NCBI GenBank assembly: GCA_964448115.1
Contig: CAYUVA010000037.1
Span: forward strand, 1-47,869
Source: an uncultured bacterium
GTDB lineage: Bacteria; CAYUVA01
Direction: 5' to 3'
Length of the DNA stretch: 47,869 bases
In this document: positions 38,400 to 47,869 of the stretch, piece after piece
Position numbering within the stretch: position 1 is the stretch's first letter
How the letters are laid out: each line of letters begins with the position of its first letter
Program-made: the position numbers and the translations under genes
Notes under the pieces: model-generated
Seen by the model: the letters and a program-made list of their open reading frames with translations, nothing else
Told to the model about the DNA's origin: nothing
Database searches by the model: none

Positions 38400-39197
38400 C
38401 TACTTGGTTTTCACTCTGATTACAAGTATCCCCCACTGGTTCTGTTGGGGAGCATCCGGTGGAAGTTCCGAGAAGCGCCACTGTTTGAGGTAGTCGATGG
38501 CGATGCGCTCGAACTCGGCATTTCCTACGCGTTCAGGCACCACCTTTCCCACCCAACCATTGGGTCTGACCCAGAACTTCAGTTGGATAGTTACCTCAGT
38601 GTCGGTCCTTACTGTTGGAGGTGGTGGGCGGTAAATTATACGATTTACCACCGGTCCCCTGAGATCGGCAGCGCTCAGTTCACCCTCCACTGTCGATACC
38701 TGTTCGGGCATAGCCTTTGGCTTAAGGTCTTTTATTCCCTGTATCTTTGCAGGCATCAACTTTTCGCCGGTTTCTGCGAGCAGTGATGGCGGTATGCGTA
38801 AGCCCTCTTGGAGTCCGACCGCTGCTGTGGTGTTGAAGATCTCTTGGGGCGGTTTCTCCTTATTGGACGGCATGAGCAGGCTTTCATCAAAGATGACCAT
38901 GCGATCTAGGCTAGTTGTTTCTGGCGGTGAGATAACCGGATTAGGCTCAACGATAGCAGCGCCTTGGGATATCTTCCATTCTTGTCCAGGCAGCTCCTCT
39001 TTACCTATGGGCACGAAGCCTCCACTTTTGGGGATATCCTCGATATCTTGTTCTTCAATGGGCGCCATAGTAACCTCTATATAATCTGGTTTTTGCGGCT
39101 CGATTGGTGGTATTTGGAGTCCCGGCGCGATGGCAAACAGAAGCAGATGAAAACAAATCGATACCAGCAGCCCTAATTTAAGCCTTTTATCTAGCAT
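38400..39197 (-). CDS. TonB family protein
   Basis: Single N-terminal TM with SICFH, Pro-rich spacer, C-terminal IQLKFWVRPNGWV...GNAEFERIAIDYLKQWRF. Confidence 0.8.
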   Translation of the reverse strand: MLDKRLKLGLLVSICFHLLLFAIAPGLQIPPIEPQKPDYIEVTMAPIEEQDIEDIPKSGGFVPIGKEELPGQEWKISQGAAIVEPNPVISPPETTSLDRMVIFDESLLMPSNKEKPPQEIFNTTAAVGLQEGLRIPPSLLAETGEKLMPAKIQGIKDLKPKAMPEQVSTVEGELSAADLRGPVVNRIIYRPPPPTVRTDTEVTIQLKFWVRPNGWVGKVVPERVGNAEFERIAIDYLKQWRFSELPPDAPQQNQWGILVIRVKTK

Positions 39198-39298
39198 ACA
39201 TTGAACCTTACTTGTTACCGGGTTATCTCAAGATTCATTGTAAGAGATCTATCCTCTTTTTTAAACAAGTGAAGGGATATATTTGGTTCAGAAAACAG

Positions 39299-41020
39299 TT
39301 ATTGCTCCAAAGGCATTTTCAATGTAGCAATTCTATCAAGCAGATCTTTAATCTCTGGATGAATTTCTTCGGGCTTCATATCAGCGGCGATCATATAATA
39401 CTCATTCTTTTTTGTGCTCACCCCAGCTTTCAAGAAAAATTCAGGCAGAATCGACTTGCTGACTGGGTTTATCCTCCAAAATTCATGTTCTTCCAGAGGG
39501 GTGCGAAGTGCAGCTGCCGGAATGTTATCTTTAAGCATTTCCATTGATGAATCCCTTAATAAAGGAGGAATCTCGCCAAGAAATCGTCTGAGTACCTCTT
39601 CTTGGATAAGGTAACTTTCGATCTCATATCTTTGCCATCGAAGTATCTCTAGTCCTGGACTAGAAATATCATGATCGGGTACTGCTCTATTGTCTCCATC
39701 AAGTATTAAAATACCTTTGATTTCTTCCTTTATTGCTTTAAGTGCAAAGAAATGGTTTTTAGCAGTCTTAGGATCATTCCCATGTAAGGGGTAAAAGAAG
39801 GGCTTATTCAGGAAATTCACCGCATCATGTTCCAGTATCCTTGCCCATTCTCTTAAAATATCAAGATCGCTTTGGTCTTCAAGGTATAAAATATCATAGC
39901 CTTTCTCTGCATTTAGGATATCTTGATTGGATAAAATCTTCAATGCCTCTCGGACCTCGTCCCTTTGAGGTCTAAATTCCAAACGGTGGGGAGAACCATA
40001 GAAGGATATGATATCTGAATAACTTGTGTTTTCTATGATCACCTCTGAGTGGGTAGATATAATAAGTTGAGCATTCATCTCATTGCATAGCTTATCAAGG
40101 TATTTCAGGATTTGTCTTTGTAAAATAACATGCTCATGGGCATCAGGTTCATCCAATAGGAATATTGATCCTCTTTTAGAATAAATAAATCCCAGCAGCA
40201 TAAGAACCTGTTGAAATCCACTGCCCGCTGAAGCTATGTCGAAGACCTTTCTTGCCCGCCCGGATTCTCGATATTCCACCACGATGAAAGGATCATATTC
40301 TGAATAATTTATATCGAGAAGCTCACAACCGAAAAGCTCAAAGATATCAGATTTTAATCTCTCCCAGTACCCATTATTTTTCTCTTGATATACTTCAAGA
40401 AGAACATTACGCAATATATCTCCAGGTTTTCCCTGTCCAATCATCAGGTTCTGATATCCTACATTCGCCCATCTTTCCTCAATGGCAATCCCAGAAAATG
40501 GTGGTACATGAACCACTCCAAGATTGATTATTTGGGGGGGAATATCATCAATTGAAGTTATTGCATTCCCTTTTTCATCATATAAATATACATATACCAT
40601 CTGCTTATTCTGATATCCAATGCCGACGGTAAGTTCCCATTTTATATTATTCTTCTGTGAGTTATCATCTCCAATTAGCGTGATCTTGCACTGTTTAGGC
40701 TTCCCGGGTTTTTCACCACCAGATTCATCCTTTCGATAAGAGGTAGATCGATTATGCCATAACATATTCATCTCCCTTAAAGGAACAGAGGTAAAATCCC
40801 CTCGAGCTATAGGGAATCCAGCATATTTACTCCTCCGGGTTCTTCTCTCATCTGTACTCTGTTTTACATAGGTTAGGACAAGGTGCCAAGTGCTTATAGC
40901 TTGTAGCAATGTAGTCTTCCCGCTGTTGTTAGGTCCGGCAAGCACCACCTTCTTATCGAGATTGAATTCCTGGCGCTCGAATCTTTTAAAGTTCTCCAAG
41001 ATAACCTTTTTCAACATCAT
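39299..41020 (-). CDS. ABC/AAA ATPase with a C-terminal TOPRIM-like domain (OLD-family-like)
   Basis: LENFKRF, GPNNSGKTT, AGSGFQQ, LLDEPDAH, ISTHS; then LYLEDQSD, LILDGD, YEIESYL. Confidence 0.8.
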   Translation of the reverse strand: MMLKKVILENFKRFERQEFNLDKKVVLAGPNNSGKTTLLQAISTWHLVLTYVKQSTDERRTRRSKYAGFPIARGDFTSVPLREMNMLWHNRSTSYRKDESGGEKPGKPKQCKITLIGDDNSQKNNIKWELTVGIGYQNKQMVYVYLYDEKGNAITSIDDIPPQIINLGVVHVPPFSGIAIEERWANVGYQNLMIGQGKPGDILRNVLLEVYQEKNNGYWERLKSDIFELFGCELLDINYSEYDPFIVVEYRESGRARKVFDIASAGSGFQQVLMLLGFIYSKRGSIFLLDEPDAHEHVILQRQILKYLDKLCNEMNAQLIISTHSEVIIENTSYSDIISFYGSPHRLEFRPQRDEVREALKILSNQDILNAEKGYDILYLEDQSDLDILREWARILEHDAVNFLNKPFFYPLHGNDPKTAKNHFFALKAIKEEIKGILILDGDNRAVPDHDISSPGLEILRWQRYEIESYLIQEEVLRRFLGEIPPLLRDSSMEMLKDNIPAAALRTPLEEHEFWRINPVSKSILPEFFLKAGVSTKKNEYYMIAADMKPEEIHPEIKDLLDRIATLKMPLEQ

Positions 41021-41059
41021 CGATACTCCTTAAATTAATAATATCACATTCCAATACCG

Positions 41060-41686
41060 TTGAATAACTCAAAGAGACTTACTATATTTAAGTCGATTAT
41101 GGTCGCTTTTCAGAAAAACACCAAAACGGTGCTTCATATAGCTCCCTTTCCAGCGCAATCAGCTTTGTATAGAGATATCTTCGAGTTTCATACCGCTAAT
41201 CCTATACCAGGAGGCTACCGATGCATAGCATTACCCCTAGGCGATTGCAGTTGCCGACCTGCAGACCTTATAATGTTTTTCTGGAGCATCTCTTTGTACA
41301 TCCTCTATCTGTTTCGAGCACAGTTCACCATCCTTCATATTCATCATATTATTAAAGCAAAAGGCTTACTCAGATATATTATCTTCATCAAGCTGGCACG
41401 CTTATTCAAAAGGAAGATAATATATCAGTATCATGAGTCAGATCCAAACAAAAGGGGCATTGCTGAATACAATAATCGAGGTTTGAGCAGATATCTTATT
41501 AGACAAGCTGAATGTCTGATCGGAAAAGGGCGATCCAATGATACTATAGGAGAGGGGAAATACCGCCTTATAATTGAAGATGATTTTTCTGCCCTGATTC
41601 ATATATTCAAAAGCAATAAGGCTCGGCTCTCAGGTTATCTTAGACAGCTCGCCAGTTGCTATGATCAGATGTTGGATGAAAGTTGA
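41060..41686 (+). CDS. Short GT4-like protein; N-terminal half only, possibly internally deleted
   Basis: VLHIAPFP, TILHIH, LARLFKRKIIYQYH, YLIRQAECLI and a terminal LASCYDQM helix. No nucleotide-sugar-binding domain. Confidence 0.5.
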   Translation: MNNSKRLTIFKSIMVAFQKNTKTVLHIAPFPAQSALYRDIFEFHTANPIPGGYRCIALPLGDCSCRPADLIMFFWSISLYILYLFRAQFTILHIHHIIKAKGLLRYIIFIKLARLFKRKIIYQYHESDPNKRGIAEYNNRGLSRYLIRQAECLIGKGRSNDTIGEGKYRLIIEDDFSALIHIFKSNKARLSGYLRQLASCYDQMLDES

Positions 41687-42864
41687 TGGCAGGTAGATCT
41701 ATCGCTTACATCGTTCACTCCTACTATCCCCAGGATCCAAGGGTACGGCGGCAGATGAGCACAATGGCTAAAAATGGCTGGGAGTGCCATGTCTTTTGCC
41801 TTAAGAAAAGCAATCAACCAGCCTCGGAAACGCACGAAGGTGTAAAAGTGCACCGTCTCCCCATTCAGAGGCACCGTGGAGCATCGATCATCGTGTATGT
41901 AGCCGAGTATATTGCTTTTTTTCTTTTTTCTTTTCTCGCCCTGACTGTATCCCATATACAGAATCGTTTTTCTATCGTGCAGGCTGGCAATCCGCCGGAT
42001 TTCCTCGTCTTTGGCTCCCTGGCGGCAAGAATTCTCGGAGCCAAGGTTGTGCTCGATGTGCATGATCCCATGCCAGAGCTGTTCGCTTCCAGATTCAAAA
42101 AAAGCAAGCCTGTCGGCTTGTTGTATAAACTGGTCGTAATGACCGAAAGAATAAGCATACTCTATGCGGATCTCGTTATCTGCGCTGAGAAGACTTCATT
42201 ACAAAGGCTGATCTCAAGGGGATTAGTAGCAGATAAAGCCATGGTGCTGATAAATTCCCCGTTGGAGGAGAAATTTGCTCCTCGTCAAAATAAAGCGAGG
42301 GATTGCTTTTCGAGCTTCCGATTGATCTATCATGGCACCCTCCTTTACAGGTACGGTGTGGATCTGCTGATCAGGGCAGCATACTTGGCTTCCCAGCACA
42401 TTCCAGACTTGCGAGTAGATATATATGGCAATGGAGATCTCATGGATGACTGTCGCAACCTGGTTAAGGAGCTGAACCTGGAGGATCTTGTAATCTTGCA
42501 CGGCTCTATCGCTCAAGATGACATACCAGCAGCATTATCAAACAGTCATGTTGCGGTGGTGCCGAATCGGCAAGATATCTTCACAGACCTGATCTTGCCT
42601 ACTAAACTACTGGAGGCAACAGCGATGAAAATCCCCGTCATAGCTTCAAAAACAAAGGGAATAGAGGCTTATTTCCCCGAGGATTCGCTTGTCTATGTAA
42701 AGCCGGGAAGTGTCCAAAGCCTAGCCGAGGCTATCATCAGGCTTTACAAGAATCCTGAGCTAGGCGCATCGATCGCCGAAAATGCTCACCAGATTTACCG
42801 TAACCTTCGCTGGTCAAAGCAGATTGAGTTGCTTGAGAAAAAATTCAGTGAATCCCGAGTTTGA
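41686..42864 (+). CDS. Glycosyltransferase family 4
   Basis: YPQDPRVRR, NPPDFLV, VLDVHDPMPE, LIYHGTL..RYGVDLL, PTKLLEATAMKIPVIAS. Confidence 0.93.
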   Translation: MAGRSIAYIVHSYYPQDPRVRRQMSTMAKNGWECHVFCLKKSNQPASETHEGVKVHRLPIQRHRGASIIVYVAEYIAFFLFSFLALTVSHIQNRFSIVQAGNPPDFLVFGSLAARILGAKVVLDVHDPMPELFASRFKKSKPVGLLYKLVVMTERISILYADLVICAEKTSLQRLISRGLVADKAMVLINSPLEEKFAPRQNKARDCFSSFRLIYHGTLLYRYGVDLLIRAAYLASQHIPDLRVDIYGNGDLMDDCRNLVKELNLEDLVILHGSIAQDDIPAALSNSHVAVVPNRQDIFTDLILPTKLLEATAMKIPVIASKTKGIEAYFPEDSLVYVKPGSVQSLAEAIIRLYKNPELGASIAENAHQIYRNLRWSKQIELLEKKFSESRV

Positions 42865-43189
42865 CAGTTGAGGAATGTAAGTTGTTGAAAATAAAGAATT
42901 CACTTTTTTAATAAGGTGCAATTTCTCACTACAGGAGAAAATTAGCATGTATTTGCAAGAGGCAACTAAAAAATTCAGATATCATGAATAGATTCCTCGG
43001 CGCCCTCAAGTTAAATACCTTGAAAATAGTATTCGACAAATCATCCAAACGCACACCGAAGGTAAAATATCTCCCCCCTGACCTCCGACTCTGAAGCCTA
43101 CATCAATTCAATCGCATTCCTAAGCTTCTCTGTAGCGCATTCATATCAAGTTCAGATCCTATTATTAAATCCATTATGTCAAACTAGAG
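42854..43189 (-). mobile_element. Non-autonomous, internally deleted IS remnant (IS1634-like)
   Basis: Terminal inverted repeats CCCGAGTTTGACA (42854-42866) and TGTCAAACTAGAG (43177-43189), 11/13 match. The minus strand carries a broken reading resembling an IS1634 transposase C-terminus: ECATEKLRNAIELM*ASESEVRGEIFYLR, frameshift, LDDLSNTIFKVFNLRAPRNL. Confidence 0.6.
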
Positions 43190-44407
43190 CTTATTCGGTG
43201 CTGATAAGAGTACTATCATCAACAATAAAATACCCAAGATAATAACCGACAAATCGTGCAAAAGACGCGAAAAAGACTTCCCGACCAATATGGGGTTCAG
43301 ATTGCAAAGCACCACGGATGCTGTTATAAACCATCTTTGCCATTTATGCTCAAGCCTGCCCCTAAGCCACAGAAAAAATGCTACACAATACGGCATAAGC
43401 ATGTAAACGAAGTGATGTTTCCAGGCGCTGAAGGTTATAAAAGGTATGCACAGATATAAAATCGAAGCCGTCAAAGCTATCTGATAGCCCTGGTTAAGTT
43501 CTCCAATTTTGGCAATTTTAATAGTCGCTGCCGATATTAGGATCGTTAAAATCGCCAGGTGTATTACATCCTCTAGGGTTTCTAGTAACTTTTTCCTATA
43601 CGGAAAATAATTCTTGTATAAATTAGAAAATAATCTATTAAGTGCTGCACGAAAGGACTGGTTTAAAAAGCTGAAAGTAACATCAAGACTTTCCTTGCTC
43701 TGGATCCCTTTAATGATTCCAATCCATCTTTCCATATATTGGATATTTTTATCAAATCCCACAACCATCGACGGAAAAATTACATACCATAATATGATGC
43801 CAATAATAGCCCCTGTTATGAATAAAAAACGTTTCTTCAACAGTAAATAGGGAATAATAATCACCGGAAAAAACTTTATCGCCAGGCTTACTGAGAATAT
43901 TAATCCACCAATAATATCTTTTTTATTTTCCATTAATTTCAACCCACAATAAGCAGGGAAGATCAAGAAAATGCTCGCCTGACCATAATTGAGATTATGA
44001 ATAAAGAAACGGGCGCAGGCTACCAACGGAAGTAGGTATGCCAAATAATCCATGGGACGGTTGCCATCTTGAAGCATCTTTATTCCTACTATTAGGCATA
44101 AAAACCATGATAGGATATTAAAAAAATACCATAATACCGCCACCATGAAGGGCGGCAACAGAGAAAGGGGTACAAATATTATCGCTAAAAAAGGCGGATA
44201 AATGTAGCTCAACATTTTCGCATTATGGTAACTGTAAATGTCGCCGTCTTTTAGAATTAATCGGCTTACATTATAGTAAACACCTAGGACATTGTCTTCT
44301 GGAATAGTGCGGTTGACTACTGTGATGCCTAGCACAATTAACATTGCCGCTGCAATAATTATAAATAACGAAGTCTTATATCGGTTTGGGTTTATGCTGA
44401 ATTTCAT
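43184..44407 (-). CDS. GT87 / DUF2029 membrane glycosyltransferase (GT-C)
   Basis: YIYPPFLAIIFVPL, NLNYGQ, LAIKFFP, NQS, AWKHHF; many TM helices. Alternative TTG start at 44443. Confidence 0.85.
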   Translation of the reverse strand: MKFSINPNRYKTSLFIIIAAAMLIVLGITVVNRTIPEDNVLGVYYNVSRLILKDGDIYSYHNAKMLSYIYPPFLAIIFVPLSLLPPFMVAVLWYFFNILSWFLCLIVGIKMLQDGNRPMDYLAYLLPLVACARFFIHNLNYGQASIFLIFPAYCGLKLMENKKDIIGGLIFSVSLAIKFFPVIIIPYLLLKKRFLFITGAIIGIILWYVIFPSMVVGFDKNIQYMERWIGIIKGIQSKESLDVTFSFLNQSFRAALNRLFSNLYKNYFPYRKKLLETLEDVIHLAILTILISAATIKIAKIGELNQGYQIALTASILYLCIPFITFSAWKHHFVYMLMPYCVAFFLWLRGRLEHKWQRWFITASVVLCNLNPILVGKSFSRLLHDLSVIILGILLLMIVLLSAPNKL

Positions 44408-44663
44408 CTTCGTGATAATAAAGAAACAAAGCCACAGAGTCAATGCTGAAGGTTAAATGTTTATAGTTAACGGACTATTTCATGAATATTTTTTCATAGA
44501 TGTCATAAATAGCCGCCTTCACAAGACACGATAAGAAGCCAACCTTGCATCACATTTATTGAAAGTATGACTCACTTGCTTCGAACCCAGATTCAGTTTT
44601 GATATAATCTATTGCTATCATTATCAAAGATAAAAAAAGGCTGCTATTTTTAATGATGCAGTA

Positions 44664-46784
44664 TTAATCCTCAAGTTGGGCGGCTATCTTATCCAAGATC
44701 CCCTTGGTGCTCTGCGCCGCTGCTTTGGATATACTCAAATAAGAGATCAAATAGTAAAAGATAGCGACCAGGTAGAGCACCCTGAAGCCAATAGCAAGGG
44801 AGAGATACTCTGTTATACCGCCAAGTACTGCTCCCAGTATATTTGCGCCAAATGCGATATCCCTGGCTGGCGCTTTTTTGAACGATATTATGAAGATGAT
44901 CCCTGCGAAGAATAACGGCAAGGTAACATAGGACCCGGCAAGCAGAACCTTCATTGATGTGCCTAATCCGCTTAGATGTTTGGCTGGTATGGCATAGTTG
45001 AGCATTATGCTTATAAACAGAAGCAAATATGGTATCTTGACCGAGGAAATGCCACTTTTTGCAACAAGTAGATTTGCTAGCAGGACCATGACAAGTATGG
45101 CTGCCACAACTATCGAATTTACCAGCCATGTGGAGCCAAAAATTAAAGAAAGCTCGGTAATACTCTTTGTTTCAAGGAGCATAAATGCAGCGCCGAGAAA
45201 GAAGAAATGAAGGTTATTGACTAAACCTCCGTGGTCATTAAAGTCCGCATCTTTAGAGGCTGTCTTGGACGGATTAAAAAGCAACACGAAAACCGCAGCC
45301 AATAAAAATAATGTTACCAGCATCTTGGCATAATCGGTAGGAATTCCACGCGATTTGAGATATAGAAACGGCCAGTCATCAGTCGAAATAGGGACATCGA
45401 TGGTGAGCTTCGCTATATCCTGAGGAGACAGGTAATTAAGCATAGGAACCGGGATAGGTTCAAGCTCTTTGTTGGGACTAACAACGAACAGTACCGCTCC
45501 TTTATTCTCGTAAACCAGGGGCTCTGCATCGAAAGTTTCACTTAGCATCTTTACGAAACGGCTGAACATCCAGTCCTTGGTCACCGCGAATGACACCGCA
45601 CACACGCCACCCGGCTTAAGTCTCTCCTTGACCTCCTGGAAGCATTCCAGAGTATAAATGTAGCTATCCAATCTAAGGGTTGACATGTGGGAGAATAGTC
45701 GCTGAGAGTCCAAGAATCCGAATACTACCAGATCGAACTTCTGTCTGCTGCGCTTCAGGAATGTGCGGGCATCGTTGACCATCAGGGTAACCCTCCCGGA
45801 CTGGTACGGTCTCTCAGGATGCAGCTTCCTGCCCAACTCGACGATAACCGGATCGATCTCAACAGCCACAATCCGTTCTGCTTCCATCCGAAGCGCGGCA
45901 GCAACATCGTTTCCACCCCCAGAGCCTATAACAAGGACATCCTGGAGCCTGGAAAACATGTAGGGCGCATCGTAGAAAGACTTGGAGCGCTGTAAGAATG
46001 AATCAAGAGGTACTCCATCTCTTAGGTTAAGTATATATTGATGAAGGTCGGTGTTGACATTAACCTGGTATCCGGCGAGGCGCATCTCCCCATTAGGCGC
46101 TAACATGGTCTTCTCGCTTACCGTCAGCCTATAGTATGGAGACCAAATATTGCCACGATCGTTGATCACAATAAGAAGAATCCCTAAAACAAAACAGGAT
46201 AATCCAAACAGCAGAAAGAAACGCTTGTTCAACAGGAAAAATAAGGCAACTATAAAGGAGATCAGAAACCATACCGGGGGGCTTAGACGAAGAAAGGATA
46301 TCATCGTAAAGCATAAAATGCCCAGAATGCTTCCGGCTACATTCACCGAATAGCCTGGTATTGCTGGTAACCTGGCAATAAGACGCCCGGTCAGTTGTCC
46401 GATCGGTATGAAAGTTACTATATTCAGGATAATAACTATCAACAACACATAATAAAGGTCGATATCCTTCGAATGAAGCATAAGAGTACTCCAGAATTCC
46501 TCAGCCTCGGTAGGTCTTGTTATATTGTATTCCCCAAAAACTGTGGCGGTTATTATAAGCAACAATGACAAAGGTGGAAATAGATAGAAGGTATTGATTC
46601 GCATTCTCGCTCGCAATGAACCTAGGCTCAAGCCTAAAAAGCTGGTAATCAGGATCAGATTGCTGTAGTAGGCGGTTATACGAACATTGGCAGCAAACCA
46701 GCGAATCACCAGCATCTCGAAGTACAAGCCAAGAAAACTTATAAAGAAAAGCTGTATATACGCCCTTTTATTGTCTGTTGTCAA
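44664..46784 (-). CDS. Membrane protein with a central spermidine-synthase-like SAM-binding domain
   Basis: FLGLYFEMLVIRW, WSPYY, VLVIGSGGGNDVAAAL, AVEIDP, NDARTFL, RLDSYIYTLE, TDDWPFLYL, FMLLETK. Confidence 0.88.
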   Translation of the reverse strand: MTTDNKRAYIQLFFISFLGLYFEMLVIRWFAANVRITAYYSNLILITSFLGLSLGSLRARMRINTFYLFPPLSLLLIITATVFGEYNITRPTEAEEFWSTLMLHSKDIDLYYVLLIVIILNIVTFIPIGQLTGRLIARLPAIPGYSVNVAGSILGILCFTMISFLRLSPPVWFLISFIVALFFLLNKRFFLLFGLSCFVLGILLIVINDRGNIWSPYYRLTVSEKTMLAPNGEMRLAGYQVNVNTDLHQYILNLRDGVPLDSFLQRSKSFYDAPYMFSRLQDVLVIGSGGGNDVAAALRMEAERIVAVEIDPVIVELGRKLHPERPYQSGRVTLMVNDARTFLKRSRQKFDLVVFGFLDSQRLFSHMSTLRLDSYIYTLECFQEVKERLKPGGVCAVSFAVTKDWMFSRFVKMLSETFDAEPLVYENKGAVLFVVSPNKELEPIPVPMLNYLSPQDIAKLTIDVPISTDDWPFLYLKSRGIPTDYAKMLVTLFLLAAVFVLLFNPSKTASKDADFNDHGGLVNNLHFFFLGAAFMLLETKSITELSLIFGSTWLVNSIVVAAILVMVLLANLLVAKSGISSVKIPYLLLFISIMLNYAIPAKHLSGLGTSMKVLLAGSYVTLPLFFAGIIFIISFKKAPARDIAFGANILGAVLGGITEYLSLAIGFRVLYLVAIFYYLISYLSISKAAAQSTKGILDKIAAQLED

Positions 46785-46816
46785 TTCTTTATTATTTACA
46801 TAGAATTACTTTTATC

Positions 46817-47869
46817 TTAAAAGGATATCTTGCTCGATTCTGCCGATCTCATCATCATTCGCATCTGCTCGATTATGCTTTCCCAGGTGGTCTGTTTGGC
46901 TAGTTCAGCACCCTTTTGTATTGCCTGGGGATCAGGATTCGCTAGTATGTCCTGTGCCACCGTGATGAACTCTTCTGCTGTATCTGCTATTGCAACTAAG
47001 CCTTTATATAATTCAACAATATCGAGAATGCTGGTCGAGATGACCGGCTTTTCTGCTGCCAGGTATTCCAGCATCTTGGTCGGATTGGTATGGATCGCCA
47101 ACTCATTGAGCTTGAATGGGATGAGAGCTACATCAAAAGCCTTCAGGTACCCGGGAAGCTCTTCGTAATTCTTCTTGCCTAATAGGTGTATGTTATCAAA
47201 GCGGCTCAAGTACGATGCATCGGTGAAGATAGGACCGATGAGCACGAAGCTCCAATCAGGACGCTCCTGTGCTACTGCGGTGATCATTTCGAGGTCGATC
47301 CTCTCGTCTATAGCTCCAAAATAGCCGAATATAGGCTTCGATATTGGTTCTATGTCCTTGGGGATTGGGGTCTGTTCCAAAGCAGCCTTATGAAAGTGAT
47401 CGTACTGAACTCCACAGGGGAAAAATCGAGCGTATGGATGATCGGCAGCCTTGCGCTTGAAGAGAGTATTTGTGCCGGTGAAAAGCAGATTAGCCTTATT
47501 GATTAACCTCTGCTCCTTTTGGTGTATCCCCTTCGGCGCCCATTGGAAGGCGGTATATTCATCCTGGATATCATAGATCACCATCGAGTGCTCGATGTCC
47601 CCTGTAAGATGCTCATATCCAGGATGAAAGAACCACAGGATCGGTGCACGAAGTTCCAGTTTCCAAGCATAATACCTCAATCGGGCAGCAATGATGAATC
47701 GATTATACCACTGAACAGGTTTCAGATGATGCCCGGCTCTGAAGACAGCCGGATGACAAGCCCAAAGATTATGGCCGATCTTCTCCAATCCCTTGCCCTC
47801 GTCGTAGAAGGTTTCCTTTGGACAATAATAAAGCACCCTTCCATACCTGGATAGATGACTCATTATATG
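46817..47869 (-). CDS. GT-B glycosyltransferase (GT4-like), 5' end probably outside the window
   Basis: IYDIQDEY, GYFGAIDERID, YEELPGYLKAFDVALIPF, NPTKMLEYLAAEKPVIST. The frame is open to the window edge (CAT ATA ATG). Confidence 0.88.
   Translation of the reverse strand, partial: HIMSHLSRYGRVLYYCPKETFYDEGKGLEKIGHNLWACHPAVFRAGHHLKPVQWYNRFIIAARLRYYAWKLELRAPILWFFHPGYEHLTGDIEHSMVIYDIQDEYTAFQWAPKGIHQKEQRLINKANLLFTGTNTLFKRKAADHPYARFFPCGVQYDHFHKAALEQTPIPKDIEPISKPIFGYFGAIDERIDLEMITAVAQERPDWSFVLIGPIFTDASYLSRFDNIHLLGKKNYEELPGYLKAFDVALIPFKLNELAIHTNPTKMLEYLAAEKPVISTSILDIVELYKGLVAIADTAEEFITVAQDILANPDPQAIQKGAELAKQTTWESIIEQMRMMMRSAESSKISF

Noticed and set aside
1-47869. tRNA, rRNA, riboswitch or prophage genes
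   Set aside because: No cloverleaf, rRNA-like or phage hallmark sequences were recognised by eye. A covariance-model scan would be needed to exclude small RNAs.

Overview
A gene-dense 47.9 kb window from a diderm bacterium, judged from its LPS-type GT9, O-antigen ligase, TonB and outer-membrane barrel genes. It is probably a poorly characterised lineage. Left to right it holds: a partial hypothetical gene; a tandem family III CoA-transferase; a YtrA/GntR-ABC operon with an extremely AT-rich permease; a membrane SAM-binding (spermidine-synthase-like) protein; an S1P-lyase-like PLP enzyme; a three-gene envelope module (PorV/FadL-like barrel, secreted TPR-caspase, beta-helix surface protein with a young variable repeat array); a pspA-led operon; a 1895 aa O-antigen-ligase/TPR fusion with GT9; HU, an aminotransferase, pyrF and TonB; a stand-alone OLD-like ATPase; and a glycosylation cluster (GT4, GT87, a second membrane SAM protein) containing a small IS-derived element whose ends supply the stop codons of both flanking genes. 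The pspA operon has five hydrogenase-4/complex-I membrane-arm homologues that appear to have lost most proton-pumping residues and have no redox subunits here, followed by a GH2 that appears to lack both catalytic glutamates. The best candidates for undescribed systems are the pspA operon and the barrel + caspase + surface-protein module. No rRNA, tRNA, CRISPR array or reverse transcriptase was seen. All family calls come from recognising motifs by eye, not from database searches.
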